Source of the DNA: a virus
Taxonomy: Duplodnaviria; Caudoviricetes
Reading direction: 5' to 3' (one strand)
Virus record (IMG/VR): IMGVR_UViG_3300036901_000031
Span: 1 to 56,536 of that record
DNA length: 56,536 bases
How positions within the stretch are numbered: position 1 is the first letter of the stretch; the number at the start of each line of letters is the position of its first letter. The notes under the pieces are model-generated. The model saw nothing but the letters and a program-made list of their open reading frames with translations. It was not told the origin of the DNA and searched no databases. This document shows, piece after piece, positions 1-9,514 of this stretch. The translations under genes and the position numbers were made by a program.

Positions 1-161
1 GTAATCGATCCTAAAGGGCTTCCACCTGTCTCGGCGGCATAGACATTAACAGCGCCTCCTGTTGGGCGACTGGTAATTGTAACGGTTGCCCCAACAACAG
101 GCTGAAGATCGCTGGAAACGATCTTCGAAACTACATACGGAATAAAAACACGAAAAGCCAT
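1..161 (-). CDS. partial gene (5' end only), possibly a virion/tail-associated protein
   Basis: Hand-translated ATG at 161: MAFRVFIPYVVSKIVSSDLQPVVGATVTITSRPTGGAVNVYAAETGG..., open to the window edge; beta-rich, Gly/Thr-rich. Confidence 0.5.
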   Translation of the reverse strand, partial: MAFRVFIPYVVSKIVSSDLQPVVGATVTITSRPTGGAVNVYAAETGGSPLGSI

Positions 162-179
162 ATCAACGATTACTCGTCG

Positions 180-698
180 CTAATACCAATTACAGACCCC
201 GGTAGCAGCTAAAATTCCCACCACGAGGCTTACAAAGGAGAAAATTGCGGCAATAGTTGCAAATATTATCTGATGCCGAGTAAGGCGACGGCCACGTAAT
301 GCAGCAGCAACCTGTTCTGATGTTGCCAAGTTACCTTCCATTCGTACGAGGGTCACATTTGCCTCGGCTACTTCTTTAGCTAAATCTGCGACCGATCCAT
401 TGATGGTTGCCAAGTGTGCTCCGTGCTCCTCAAGGACATGATCTACGTGTTGCTCGCGTAGGGCGGTAGAGACTGCGATCTTTACAGCAGCACTCTGATT
501 TTCGGCGGCGAGTACAGCAGCTTTTGCAGTAGCCTCAGCAGCTAAACGGGTTGCTTCCGTGGCAGCACCCGCAGCCACATTGGCTGCGGTCTTAGCCGCA
601 TCAGTTTCATAGACTTTGTTCTTATCTTCTAGGGCGACAACAGCATCGTGATCAAGACCCACCTCGTTGCCCTGAGAATCTACGGGGGTAGCAATCAT
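180..698 (-). CDS. coiled-coil membrane protein with C-terminal TM helix
   Basis: Ala-rich helical body and hydrophobic C-terminus IIFATIAAIFSFVSLVVGILAA. Confidence 0.6.
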   Translation of the reverse strand: MIATPVDSQGNEVGLDHDAVVALEDKNKVYETDAAKTAANVAAGAATEATRLAAEATAKAAVLAAENQSAAVKIAVSTALREQHVDHVLEEHGAHLATINGSVADLAKEVAEANVTLVRMEGNLATSEQVAAALRGRRLTRHQIIFATIAAIFSFVSLVVGILAATGVCNWY

Positions 699-700
699 GT

Positions 701-1114
701 TTACTTTGCTGAAGAGGCCGTTTTTGCCTCTATAGCTTGACAGTTTAGAGCCTTAAGCCTGTATGGATCAAGGACGAGGACACCCGGAGACTTGTTAATC
801 AGATTAATTATGAGGGCTTGGTATTCCTTGATGAATACGGTTTGCTGGGGGGTTAAGTTGCCGTCCTTCAAAACAATATCGATAGCCGCTGATCGAGCAG
901 CTTGCATCGCTTTTGTTTTGGTTAGGTAAGTTTTGTCGTACTCTCTATTCTCGTTGATGGCCGTACACCATGTAGCCACATTGGCCACACGATTATGTAG
1001 TTGGTTTGCACTAAGCTGGTCCACTCGATTAATCGAGTAGAGCACGGCGACAACCAAAATCACATAGCCAACTATGGACTTGAATCGATTGAGGTAATTG
1101 AGGAGTTTCTTCAT
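701..1114 (-). CDS. membrane-anchored hypothetical protein
   Basis: Likely start MKKLLNYL at 1114 within ORF 701..1201; N-terminal TM IVGYVILVVAVLYSI. Confidence 0.55.
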   Translation of the reverse strand: MKKLLNYLNRFKSIVGYVILVVAVLYSINRVDQLSANQLHNRVANVATWCTAINENREYDKTYLTKTKAMQAARSAAIDIVLKDGNLTPQQTVFIKEYQALIINLINKSPGVLVLDPYRLKALNCQAIEAKTASSAK

Positions 1115-1210
1115 TATATAACGTGGCTCACAATGATGGCCAACTGCGTAACAATTAAACCAAGGTAGGGAATGAATAGAATATGATGACTTCCCACCCA
1201 CCCAACTAAT

Positions 1211-1429
1211 TTAGTCTTCATCGTCATCTTTGTCGTTCTTTTTGTTGTATGGGTTCTGATAACCAGCCGGATTAAAGAAGGCCGGAAGTCCCATCATTGA
1301 AGCAAAGAGAATCAATAGCTCCAAATTTGGGGTATGAATAACGAAAGTCTCGAATGCAACGCCAACCAGTCCCCCGACAAATAGGACATTTGCTTTGTTG
1401 AATATCTTTTTGAGTGTTCTTAAATTCAT
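1211..1429 (-). CDS. small two-TM membrane protein (holin-like)
   Basis: Two hydrophobic segments and a highly charged C-terminal tail. Confidence 0.5.
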   Translation of the reverse strand: MNLRTLKKIFNKANVLFVGGLVGVAFETFVIHTPNLELLILFASMMGLPAFFNPAGYQNPYNKKNDKDDDED

Positions 1430-1529
1430 TCATGTTTGTTCGTGAAGGTTTTTTCTGAACATTGGTTACATCAATTATTTGTTAGCTAACGTCGATCTTA
1501 AAGTAAGATCACCGTCCGTAGCCTAATGT

Positions 1530-2168
1530 ATGATGTCAACCTCTACTCAAACTCCTACATTACAAACATTTACTCTTGATGAGTTAGCTCAATTCACGGC
1601 TGAAGGGGTATTTGGGCCATCAGCTAGTCCAGACCTTCGAGGATTCTATGTAGGCCGCGATAACGTTCATGGCGTGCTCGCCTATCTCTTGAGCGCCGTT
1701 ACTCTTAGCGTCAAAATAAATATGTTTGGATATGATGATGATCAGCTAGCCCAGATCCTAACGGGCCTCGTTGAAGACCCCAAGGTATTTGTCCAAGTTA
1801 CGCTCGATAAGTCTCAATCGGGCGGCGTTCACGAGAAGACAATCCTCGCCTCCCAAGCTGCTGCTGACCCTGCCGGATTCGCTGCCGACTTTGCTATTGG
1901 TGAGAGCGCTACACATCAGATCTCCCATACCAAAGGAGGCGTACTCGATGGATTGGTCGGATTTGAAGGATCAACCAATTGGAGCGCCTCTGGAGAGGGC
2001 ACAGGCATAGGTTTGCGGGGTACAGCCAACCAGCCTGGATTCAAAGCACAGAACAATACGCTTTGGGTCACAACCAACCCATATGAGATTGCAAAGTTCA
2101 GCGCTCGATTAGACTATGAGCACGCTGTGGCCAAGGCTCAGCAAGCTAAAGCTCAATCGGCTCCCTAG
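1530..2168 (+). CDS. phospholipase D/Nuc-family (HKD) nuclease
   Basis: HxKx4Dx6GSxN motif: HTKGGVLDGLVGFEGSTN. Confidence 0.85.
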   Translation: MMSTSTQTPTLQTFTLDELAQFTAEGVFGPSASPDLRGFYVGRDNVHGVLAYLLSAVTLSVKINMFGYDDDQLAQILTGLVEDPKVFVQVTLDKSQSGGVHEKTILASQAAADPAGFAADFAIGESATHQISHTKGGVLDGLVGFEGSTNWSASGEGTGIGLRGTANQPGFKAQNNTLWVTTNPYEIAKFSARLDYEHAVAKAQQAKAQSAP

Positions 2169-2616
2169 CCACGCAACCCGAGAGGTACCAGAACGTCACG
2201 CTCAAAGAGTCGAATACGGCAACGTGTACGCGATACATCTATTCTCCCTCGTCATAACGAAAGCGGCCATAATCATTCCAGACTTCAATCTCTCGCCACT
2301 TTTCAAGAAATAAAACTTCTTGTTCAATCGTCATCAAACCCGCATGTCTCAATGAGGCAGTCAAACCGGGTGCCCAATATACTGGTAATTTTGGTTTCCT
2401 AAGTGGTCGTTTTGTGGAAAATTTCATTTTGGTAATCATCCCTCATTCACAAATTGTCTATATTGTTCAAAATCGAATTTCTCACTGGTTAGCTGGCTCT
2501 GCAAATTCTCGTTAGTCAAATATAGTTGCTCAATCTCGCGCCGAGCATAGTTAAGTTGAGATTGGAGCCGCTTGATCTCATCTTCCTGTTCTTTACTCAT
2601 TAATTCTCAGCCTCAT

Positions 2617-3093
2617 TCAACCAACGCTCCACCAATCTGAATACTCGTCGGGAGCAAGACGATGGAGAACATGCTGCTTCACAAACGATTGAAGAACGTG
2701 AATCGCCCCAATCAACTCGTCATCGTTATATTTAAGTTGAGTGCCATGCTCATCCATATTTTGAATGGCAAACATCGCCTCGATGATTAAATTCCAAGCT
2801 TTGGTTTCCCTCTCAGTGTGAAAGTTCGAGGATGCCACAAGACGGCTGGGATAATGCTCCCGCCAGTCGGCCTCATCCCAAGACGGCTGGAGTACCTGTT
2901 CGTTGAAGGGATTCTTGATCGAATCGGCCTTCTTCACCAAATCCTTTTCGTTAATAGCCCAATAGTCCACCCCACCAGCAGGATCATCAAAGTCAATTAG
3001 GTATTGGTGTTTGATTTCTCTCACGGTACCAACATTCGCCCCATGATAGGGATGATGCCAAACTACCCGTTCTCCCTCTTTGAATTCAGTCAT
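2617..3093 (-). CDS. hypothetical protein (N-terminal SH3-like beta domain)
   Basis: ORF in minus-strand operon; FKEGERVVW...GTV pattern. Confidence 0.55.
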   Translation of the reverse strand: MTEFKEGERVVWHHPYHGANVGTVREIKHQYLIDFDDPAGGVDYWAINEKDLVKKADSIKNPFNEQVLQPSWDEADWREHYPSRLVASSNFHTERETKAWNLIIEAMFAIQNMDEHGTQLKYNDDELIGAIHVLQSFVKQHVLHRLAPDEYSDWWSVG

Positions 3094-3096
3094 TCT

Positions 3097-3444
3097 CTAC
3101 TCCTCATATTTAAACGGCTCAAAGCCCACAAAAATAGATCCTTTATGAGCCGCAATGATAAGCTCGCCAACACCACTATCGCAATTATCGCAAAATAGAC
3201 CAATGCTAATCCATTCGTTTCGTGTTCCTAGTGGACACTCATACTCGGAAGCCGGGTAAAGATGTTCGCATCCCTCTTCCTTCTTGAAATCCATATAAGG
3301 GGTGTGATAAGCGGGCATCTCAAAAGTAAGAGATGGCGTGCCACAGTAAGGACAAACAATCATTGAGCCGGGAAAGCCCGATCCCCCAAAACCTATTTTC
3401 TCCTGCCGCACAGCAATATCTGTTATATTGATAATTTTTGTCAT
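3097..3444 (-). CDS. zinc-ribbon hypothetical protein
   Basis: CPYC and CDNC motifs. Confidence 0.55.
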   Translation of the reverse strand: MTKIINITDIAVRQEKIGFGGSGFPGSMIVCPYCGTPSLTFEMPAYHTPYMDFKKEEGCEHLYPASEYECPLGTRNEWISIGLFCDNCDSGVGELIIAAHKGSIFVGFEPFKYEE

Positions 3445-3680
3445 TACTCTCCTTTTGTAAACTGTATCACAATCACATTGTCGCCCTTAAACTTAGTGCG
3501 AGCCGATAGGCCACGAGACTTCTTGGTACGATGAACAAGAGTACGAAATGATCGAGGATCACAATCGAAGTCTTCGCCACGAGTCAACTCATGAACTTCG
3601 CCATTGGTCCACTTTGCCCAGTCATAAACTGGTGGACGACCACGATGCTTAGGAAATTCTGTAAGTATCTTAGACATCAA
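3444..3680 (-). CDS. small basic hypothetical protein
   Basis: GRPPVYDWAKW motif; translationally coupled to neighbours. Confidence 0.55.
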   Translation of the reverse strand: MMSKILTEFPKHRGRPPVYDWAKWTNGEVHELTRGEDFDCDPRSFRTLVHRTKKSRGLSARTKFKGDNVIVIQFTKGE

Positions 3681-3859
3681 ACTTCTTCTTCCTTATTCTC
3701 TGGAACGTTTATGATTTTGGACACGGGCTGGGCTGGTGTCGGTCGCGCGTTGGGATTCGCAGCGATGCCAGCGAGGTATGCGCGTTTGGCTTGCCGGTAC
3801 TCGCTGTCGATGCCGTTCGCGAGTCCTCGTAGCCATCTGGCGAGTAGGTGACGCATCAC
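3677..3859 (-). CDS. hypothetical protein
   Basis: ATGA overlaps at both ends. Confidence 0.45.
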   Translation of the reverse strand: MMRHLLARWLRGLANGIDSEYRQAKRAYLAGIAANPNARPTPAQPVSKIINVPENKEEEV

Positions 3860-4230
3860 GAATCCTTTAATTGAAATGGCTTATATCTTGCTGGCTCATC
3901 ATATGGGCCTCTATCGTCTATTGTAGCACACATTCTTTTAGCAGCCGTAGAATTCCACGAATGAATCTCAGGGGGAGCGCTAGGCCACACATTATGCTCA
4001 ACCATCCAGTTCACAAAATCCATGCCGGAGCCATCTCGTGAATCACCAACGATCCATGCAGCTTGATCGGGCGTCCAATTTTCAGGAATAATCGCCCCGA
4101 GATCATGATCGAGCGACATGTAATTAATCTTATTTGCCCGTGCATATTTGATAGCCTGAGCTACAGTCTTAGCCCAATACCAAGAGTTGTTAGGCGGCTG
4201 CCTAACGTCATCTAACCATAGCTTTTTCAT
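3856..4230 (-). CDS. cyclic-phosphate processing receiver-domain protein
   Basis: Family-typical KLWLDDVRQPP ... SLDHDLG ... IHSWN motifs. Confidence 0.75.
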   Translation of the reverse strand: MKKLWLDDVRQPPNNSWYWAKTVAQAIKYARANKINYMSLDHDLGAIIPENWTPDQAAWIVGDSRDGSGMDFVNWMVEHNVWPSAPPEIHSWNSTAAKRMCATIDDRGPYDEPARYKPFQLKDS

Positions 4231-4478
4231 ATCAGTTTTTTCTCAATCTTTTGTATAGTTTTACTTTGAATCAAAAGGACGGTCCATAAAGCTGCTGTAA
4301 CGGCTCCGGCAATGGTTGAAAACGTATAGTGCAAATCAATATAGCAGATCACGAATGCCCACAACCAAAAGGCCGTCAAAGCACAAGTAAACGATGGTGG
4401 CGGCTGTCGCTTAAGAATTGCCGGAAGCAAAGCTAGCGAGAAGCAAATTGAGCCTATTCCAAAGATGATGTTAACCAT
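4227..4478 (-). CDS. small 3-TM membrane protein
   Basis: MVNIIFGIGSICFSLALLPAILK...; the real part of ORF 4227..4850. Confidence 0.55.
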   Translation of the reverse strand: MVNIIFGIGSICFSLALLPAILKRQPPPSFTCALTAFWLWAFVICYIDLHYTFSTIAGAVTAALWTVLLIQSKTIQKIEKKLI

Positions 4479-5262
4479 TTCGAGCCACAATTGATAGCAG
4501 GTGTTTACCCTGCCATTGACCCTCAGCATTAGCAGCATTAGCAGCATAAGCAGCAGCATTAGCAGCAGCATTAGCAGCATCAGCATTAGCAGCAGCATTA
4601 GCATCAGCAGCATAAGCATAAGCAGCAGCATAAGCAGCAGCATAAGCAGCATTAGCAGCATTAGCAGCAGCATCAGCAACAGCAGCATAAGCATAAGCAG
4701 CAGCATTAGCAGCAGCATTAGCAGCATTAGCAGCATCAGCACGAGCAGCAGCATCAGCATCAGCAACAGCAGCATAAGCATCAGCAACAGCATCAGCAAC
4801 AGCAGCATAAGCAGCATTAGCAGCATTAGCAGCAGCATTAGCATTAGCATTATTGCGCGCTGCTACTATCGCATTGCGGGGCCGCTTATCATCGGGAAAA
4901 CAATCCTCGAAAAGATATAACACCCGCTCTGCAACATCACATGCAAACGTTACTAACGCCACTCGATCTAGTACACCAATCTTATGTACAAGTCGTATCT
5001 GTTCCCACGCAGATTTATCGCTTTGGGAAACATTCGCACCCCGAACCTCAACCTCATATAGTGCTAGTGGATATTGCGTAAGATGTGATGAAATCTGTGA
5101 AATTGTCGCAACATGATAGCCGCGTTTACATATCCTTGGATTAGCGATCTTAGGCGACCACTTGCCTGGGCGCTTTCCCTTTGGAAGGTGATCAGAATAA
5201 TTACCAAAACCATAAGCTCCCAGGTTATTCTGATCTAACCATTTGTAATAAATCTCGGTCAT
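4471..5262 (-). CDS. Imm5-like/Ala-rich repeat phage protein
   Basis: FACDVAERVL...PDDKRPRNAIVAAR motif followed by a long AAYA/AANA/ADAA tract. Confidence 0.7.
   Translation of the reverse strand: MTEIYYKWLDQNNLGAYGFGNYSDHLPKGKRPGKWSPKIANPRICKRGYHVATISQISSHLTQYPLALYEVEVRGANVSQSDKSAWEQIRLVHKIGVLDRVALVTFACDVAERVLYLFEDCFPDDKRPRNAIVAARNNANANAAANAANAAYAAVADAVADAYAAVADADAAARADAANAANAAANAAAYAYAAVADAAANAANAAYAAAYAAAYAYAADANAAANADAANAAANAAAYAANAANAEGQWQGKHLLSIVARNG
4524..4850. repeat. low-complexity GCA-based tandem repeat encoding the Ala-rich tract
   Basis: Repeated agcagcatt/agcataagc units. Confidence 0.85.
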
Positions 5263-5267
5263 TTCTA

Positions 5268-5450
5268 CTACCTCCTCTTCAATTCGAGATTACAGACGTT
5301 CTCCATAGCCTGTGCTGCAAGCCCTATGCCTACAAGGGCTAGAACGTGATCGGTAAAGCCGTGGTGGATGTACCCGATTATCGCAAGAATCCAAGCCACG
5401 GTAGCTAGGGTGCCATAGAAGATCACCCAAACAAGGAGAAACCATTTCAT
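5268..5450 (-). CDS. small membrane protein
   Basis: Two hydrophobic segments. Confidence 0.45.
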   Translation of the reverse strand: MKWFLLVWVIFYGTLATVAWILAIIGYIHHGFTDHVLALVGIGLAAQAMENVCNLELKRR

Positions 5451-5764
5451 TACTCATCCTCTTTCTGTACATACATTCCAAGGCCCGTAGTAAAGCCTCC
5501 ACGCTCTTTGGCCTTTGCTGTAGCCACGTATTCTAGATCAGCAAACGTCTTCTTAAGATCCCAATCGAGGAGGGCCAGCACCACCTCATACACATCGGCC
5601 AATTCCTCTAATGACGGGTCTAGAATGTACTCAAGAGCCTCCTCAACAAGCTTCTTGCGGAGATCTTTCTTTACCTCATCCTGTGGCACAAAGTCATAGA
5701 CCAAACTCCCGCCTTCTAAACCACCCATCTTGTCTCGGATGACCTTCACAAGGTATCTAGCCAT
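5450..5764 (-). CDS. MazG/HisE-like NTP pyrophosphohydrolase
   Basis: KVIRD...LRKKLVEEALE...LEELADVYEV...KAKERGGF. Confidence 0.75.
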   Translation of the reverse strand: MARYLVKVIRDKMGGLEGGSLVYDFVPQDEVKKDLRKKLVEEALEYILDPSLEELADVYEVVLALLDWDLKKTFADLEYVATAKAKERGGFTTGLGMYVQKEDE

Positions 5765-6020
5765 GAGAACTCTCCACAACATCGCCCCATGCAGTCAAGA
5801 CATAGTTGAGCACGGCATCCCTACGCTCGCGCCACTGGGTAGCCTCATCAGCTTCATGGTCCTTAGCAAGGCCATGAGCTTGCTGATGTTCGAAGAGAAG
5901 CGTTACGGCCTCTTCCAGGATCACATCATGCTCTTGTAACTTGGAGGCAAGATAGTGAACTCGATTCACGAGTCGCCCTGCACTCTGGAATGCCCCAACA
6001 AGATCCTCAGTATTAGCCAT
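5757..6020 (-). CDS. hypothetical protein
   Basis: Likely start MANTEDL within ORF 5757..6128. Confidence 0.45.
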   Translation of the reverse strand: MANTEDLVGAFQSAGRLVNRVHYLASKLQEHDVILEEAVTLLFEHQQAHGLAKDHEADEATQWRERRDAVLNYVLTAWGDVVESSHG

Positions 6021-6220
6021 CAGCCAGCCACCAATGGAGTCAGCAGTCCCCAGTGAGTCACGGTCCACCAATAGGACCAGTTCTCTGCGTGTGCCCAATG
6101 AACACCCAAGGTCAGCCAAATGCTCCACCAGAGATCAGACAAAACGTAAGCGCCGATAAGGGTAAAGATGAACCCCAACACTACGCTACCACCAATTGAA
6201 AAGCTACGTACACGTTTCAT
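6020..6220 (-). CDS. small membrane protein
   Basis: Hydrophobic, Trp-rich. Confidence 0.45.
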   Translation of the reverse strand: MKRVRSFSIGGSVVLGFIFTLIGAYVLSDLWWSIWLTLGVHWAHAENWSYWWTVTHWGLLTPLVAG

Positions 6221-6239
6221 TGTTTGCCTTAAGATTGAA

Positions 6240-6267
6240 AAGGCTAGGGGATTTCTCCCCTAGCCTT
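6240..6267 (-). terminator. intrinsic terminator after rIIB
   Basis: aaggctagggg-atttct-cccctagcctt inverted repeat with T run on the minus strand. Confidence 0.65.
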
Positions 6268-6273
6268 TGTTTA

Positions 6274-7314
6274 CTAGACGGTCCAGCTTGTCCGACTCTT
6301 TGGCTCATCATCGTTGATAAGCCTCCAACCCTGTGCCTGTGCGAGCTTTACATGAGACTGCTTGCGGGACTTCACGCGGGCCTCAAGAGCTTCCCATTCG
6401 GCCTTTGTGGGATAACCAGCAATTACCTCATTATCCTCGATCTCCTCGGTATCGTCCTCATCATCACCAAAGAGGTACTCGTAGACTTCCTCATCGGTGG
6501 GTAGGTCTTCGCTATCGCTGAAGAGAACCGAGGTGTCATATGCTGCATCGACAACCTGGATCACTTCGTAGCGGCAGACACGGACCTTCTCCCAATCGCT
6601 GTCAGTCGGGACCGAAACCACGTCACGCGGGTTGATCCAAACCTCCAGGACGATGTTCGCAAAGCTTCTGGCATAACGCCAGTTGCCAGCATGGAGTCCA
6701 GTCGAGCAGCCCGTCGATGGGTCATGATGAACCTCAAGACGGGGCATCTCGACAATAGAGCCGGGGTTGGTGGGAATCCTTCCCGAAACAACCTCGCCAT
6801 CTACGATAGCCTTTCCCCTGTGGATACTCTCATATCCGCCGTTCTCGCTTACCTGGACACCCTTGTAAGCCACGATATAGCCCTCATCTGTGATCGTGAA
6901 ATCACGCTTTGCGAGCCAATCGTAAAGCTGCTCACGCGAATGGGGATGCGGGTTGTTTGCCACGTTCTCCATGAACTTCACGAGCGGCTGCCAATCCGAG
7001 ACACCCTCGTTGATGAAACGAACAACCTGCTTTGCCAGCGAGTTATCAACCTCGTCGTTGTCGAAGTACAGACGACCGTTGGCGACGCTGACACGCTCTG
7101 ACAGCGGCGCGAAATACTTAGCCGCAGTTGCAGCCACATCGAACAGCCCGATCAGATACTCATCATCACCCTCTGCGAGATCGAAAACAACCACATCCTT
7201 GATCTCTGCGTAATTCGGATGAGAATCATCTGCTACTAGCGGGTAAGGATGGCCCGAGATATACACCGTGATGTTGGTGTTCTCCCCATCGCTTACGATT
7301 GAATACTGGGGCAT
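6274..7314 (-). CDS. rIIB: rIIB-like protein
   Basis: FMENVANNP..SREQLYDWL..ITDEGYIVAYKGV..CSTGLH..INPRDVVSVP..KVRVCRYEV; adjacent to rIIA. Confidence 0.9.
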   Translation of the reverse strand: MPQYSIVSDGENTNITVYISGHPYPLVADDSHPNYAEIKDVVVFDLAEGDDEYLIGLFDVAATAAKYFAPLSERVSVANGRLYFDNDEVDNSLAKQVVRFINEGVSDWQPLVKFMENVANNPHPHSREQLYDWLAKRDFTITDEGYIVAYKGVQVSENGGYESIHRGKAIVDGEVVSGRIPTNPGSIVEMPRLEVHHDPSTGCSTGLHAGNWRYARSFANIVLEVWINPRDVVSVPTDSDWEKVRVCRYEVIQVVDAAYDTSVLFSDSEDLPTDEEVYEYLFGDDEDDTEEIEDNEVIAGYPTKAEWEALEARVKSRKQSHVKLAQAQGWRLINDDEPKSRTSWTV

Positions 7315-9255
7315 TTAGTTGCTCTCCTGTTCTGCCATGTAAGTGGCGTTGATATAGATTACCGAATGTGTTAGGTGGCTTGTGTTCAGTAGCGGGTACT
7401 TCTCCAGGGGGTTAACCCAGTCATTGTATTGTATCACACGATGGCCGGGGACATACTGGAGAACTTTGTTAAGGTTATCCAGATCATTAACAACGGTCTG
7501 ATCCAGAGGAAGCGTAGCAATCTTGATCGCCTCCACAACATCAGGGTCCTCGATGTAGTCTTCAATCGGGCACCCAGCCAGATCCTTGAGAGACTGAATC
7601 TCCCACTGGCGAGTTGAGCGAAGAGCATATGCCTGCTTCTCTTCCTCGGTGAGCTTAGCTGCGACCTCCTGATAAGCGTTGATAGCTGCCTTTTCTACCT
7701 TGACGGCACCGGGGAAGTCTCGGCAGAACTTGTTGATCCGGTTGGGAGATAGCTCAACAACCGTCGCCGTTGGATAGTTAGTCTTCACATAATTAATAAC
7801 CCTGTTCATAGCTGACTGGCGGTTATACCAGAAGACATCCTCCGACGTGTCGATATCCTTGGCTAGGAGTTCATCGTGGTAGCTCTGCTTCACCCATGCC
7901 TTGTAAGAACCGGTGAGCCGACCCGATACGAATGAGCGGGCTGTCTCCAGCTTGATCGAGCGGATATCCTCCCAGCTAACCATGTTCGAGGTATCGACCC
8001 AGCTAACCTTCATCGGCTGATTCGTCAGAACGTAGTAGGTCGGCATGAGTCCATTATCCTCAGAGTACTTGATGAGCTTCTTCTTGTGGCTCGGGGTAAA
8101 GGAATCATGGTCGTAGCCATGAATCAGAAGCCCGTCCACAAGAGTCTCCGCAGTCAGTGAGGGATAACGGCTAGCTGAGTTGAGCTTATGTGAGTCACGG
8201 GGAGCCACAATGATCCGCTCGCCAGCAGGGGCATCAATTGACTCGGGGATATCCTGCTTCTTGTAGCTAAAGGCAACCTTCTGGCCCTTGATGATGTTCT
8301 GCCATTCGAATGCCTTCTTGAAAGCTTCTACCGGGGTAGCAGCGGTATCAACGTCGGCCTGTGCGACAGCCACAAGGCTCTGAGTGATCTGATCCTTGAG
8401 GGCGTCAAGAGTAGCCTTCGTCTTCCTCGTGTACTGGAGATCCTCACGCGAGGGAGTGAAGTTGACATCACCAATGTTCACGTAGGCGATGACACTGTAG
8501 GAGGTGTTGAGGTTATCAAGGTTGAAGTAGGCGTCGTTTACCTTGTAAGGGACGCCACCCATGACAACAATATGCTCACGGGTGTAGTAACGGTCGTTCT
8601 TCTTGATGATCAGGGAGTCAGAGATCCTCATCCCCTCGATGCCCGTGGGGTCTTCCCCGTTCAGCAGAACCGTACCGGACTTCCAGTACTTGAAGAAGTT
8701 CTCTGCCTTCTCCTGAATGCTGTTGTAGGTCTTGGTGGGGATGATGATCTCGACACCGTTTGGCTCAACGGTCAAGTTCTCCTCAATCACTGTCATCGAG
8801 CCTGCCCCATCCTCATCCCGGCCAATGCTGACCATCGTGCGGACGCCATCCTTGATGCCAACGAGAGAGAACTGTGAGGTGTAAGTAAGGGCCGACTTGC
8901 AGCCAAGACCAAGGACACCGACCTGCTCGTTTGTCTCACGCTTAGTAGAAGCGCCGTACTTCGAGTAGGTGTTCACGATGTCATCGCGGTCCATTCCCAC
9001 GCCGTAGTCCTTGACCTTGAGGTAAGGGGACAGAGTGGTAGGAGTAGTCACCTCAATCGGGCGAATCTGACCGGCCTCAACGTGAGAGTCGTAGGCGTTG
9101 GTGCTGTACTCACGGATGATTGCAAGCTCCTGATCCGAGTAAAGATCGGTAAGGACGCTCATCAGGTGGACGAGAGAGTTCTCATCGAACTTCATCCCGA
9201 TCTTCTCGCCTGAGATGGTCCCTTGGACTTCAATATCGGAGCGGTCTGTGATCAT
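7315..9255 (-). CDS. rIIA: rIIA-like protein (GHKL/HATPase N-terminus)
   Basis: LYSDQELAIIREYSTNAYDSH, DYGVGM, YGASTK, GLGCKS, FTPSREDL motifs. Confidence 0.9.
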   Translation of the reverse strand: MITDRSDIEVQGTISGEKIGMKFDENSLVHLMSVLTDLYSDQELAIIREYSTNAYDSHVEAGQIRPIEVTTPTTLSPYLKVKDYGVGMDRDDIVNTYSKYGASTKRETNEQVGVLGLGCKSALTYTSQFSLVGIKDGVRTMVSIGRDEDGAGSMTVIEENLTVEPNGVEIIIPTKTYNSIQEKAENFFKYWKSGTVLLNGEDPTGIEGMRISDSLIIKKNDRYYTREHIVVMGGVPYKVNDAYFNLDNLNTSYSVIAYVNIGDVNFTPSREDLQYTRKTKATLDALKDQITQSLVAVAQADVDTAATPVEAFKKAFEWQNIIKGQKVAFSYKKQDIPESIDAPAGERIIVAPRDSHKLNSASRYPSLTAETLVDGLLIHGYDHDSFTPSHKKKLIKYSEDNGLMPTYYVLTNQPMKVSWVDTSNMVSWEDIRSIKLETARSFVSGRLTGSYKAWVKQSYHDELLAKDIDTSEDVFWYNRQSAMNRVINYVKTNYPTATVVELSPNRINKFCRDFPGAVKVEKAAINAYQEVAAKLTEEEKQAYALRSTRQWEIQSLKDLAGCPIEDYIEDPDVVEAIKIATLPLDQTVVNDLDNLNKVLQYVPGHRVIQYNDWVNPLEKYPLLNTSHLTHSVIYINATYMAEQESN

Positions 9256-9288
9256 GCAATTCCTTTCTAGTGGTTGCCTTGTAAGTAC

Positions 9289-9300
9289 ATTATATCATAC
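9289..9300 (-). promoter_or_regulatory. extended -10 promoter (TGnTATAAT) upstream of rIIA
   Basis: Minus strand GTATGATATAAT; the same motif recurs at about 9509-9520 and a TGATATAAT copy at about 40152-40161. Confidence 0.55.
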
Positions 9301-9514
9301 ATTACGTCACGGCGTACTACCGAACTGCAAAGTTCCCGTGGTAAATCTCACGCATCTCTCCGCCTTCAGCAAGGAGATAGTCTCGAAAGATAAGGTAGTC
9401 CCGAAGATGCTTCCCCGGACGAAGAGGATTCATTGCAATCTGATTTGCCGCTTCCTGCATAGCGACACGATACTCTTTAATACGCTGCTCTTTGGTTTTC
9501 ATGACCACATTATA

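Noticed and set aside
4227-4920. Poly-Leu/Met ORF (4227..4850) and poly-Ser/Ile ORF (4501..4920)
   Set aside because: Alternative-frame and antisense shadows of the Ala-codon repeat in 4471..5262; only the last ~83 codons of the first look like a real gene
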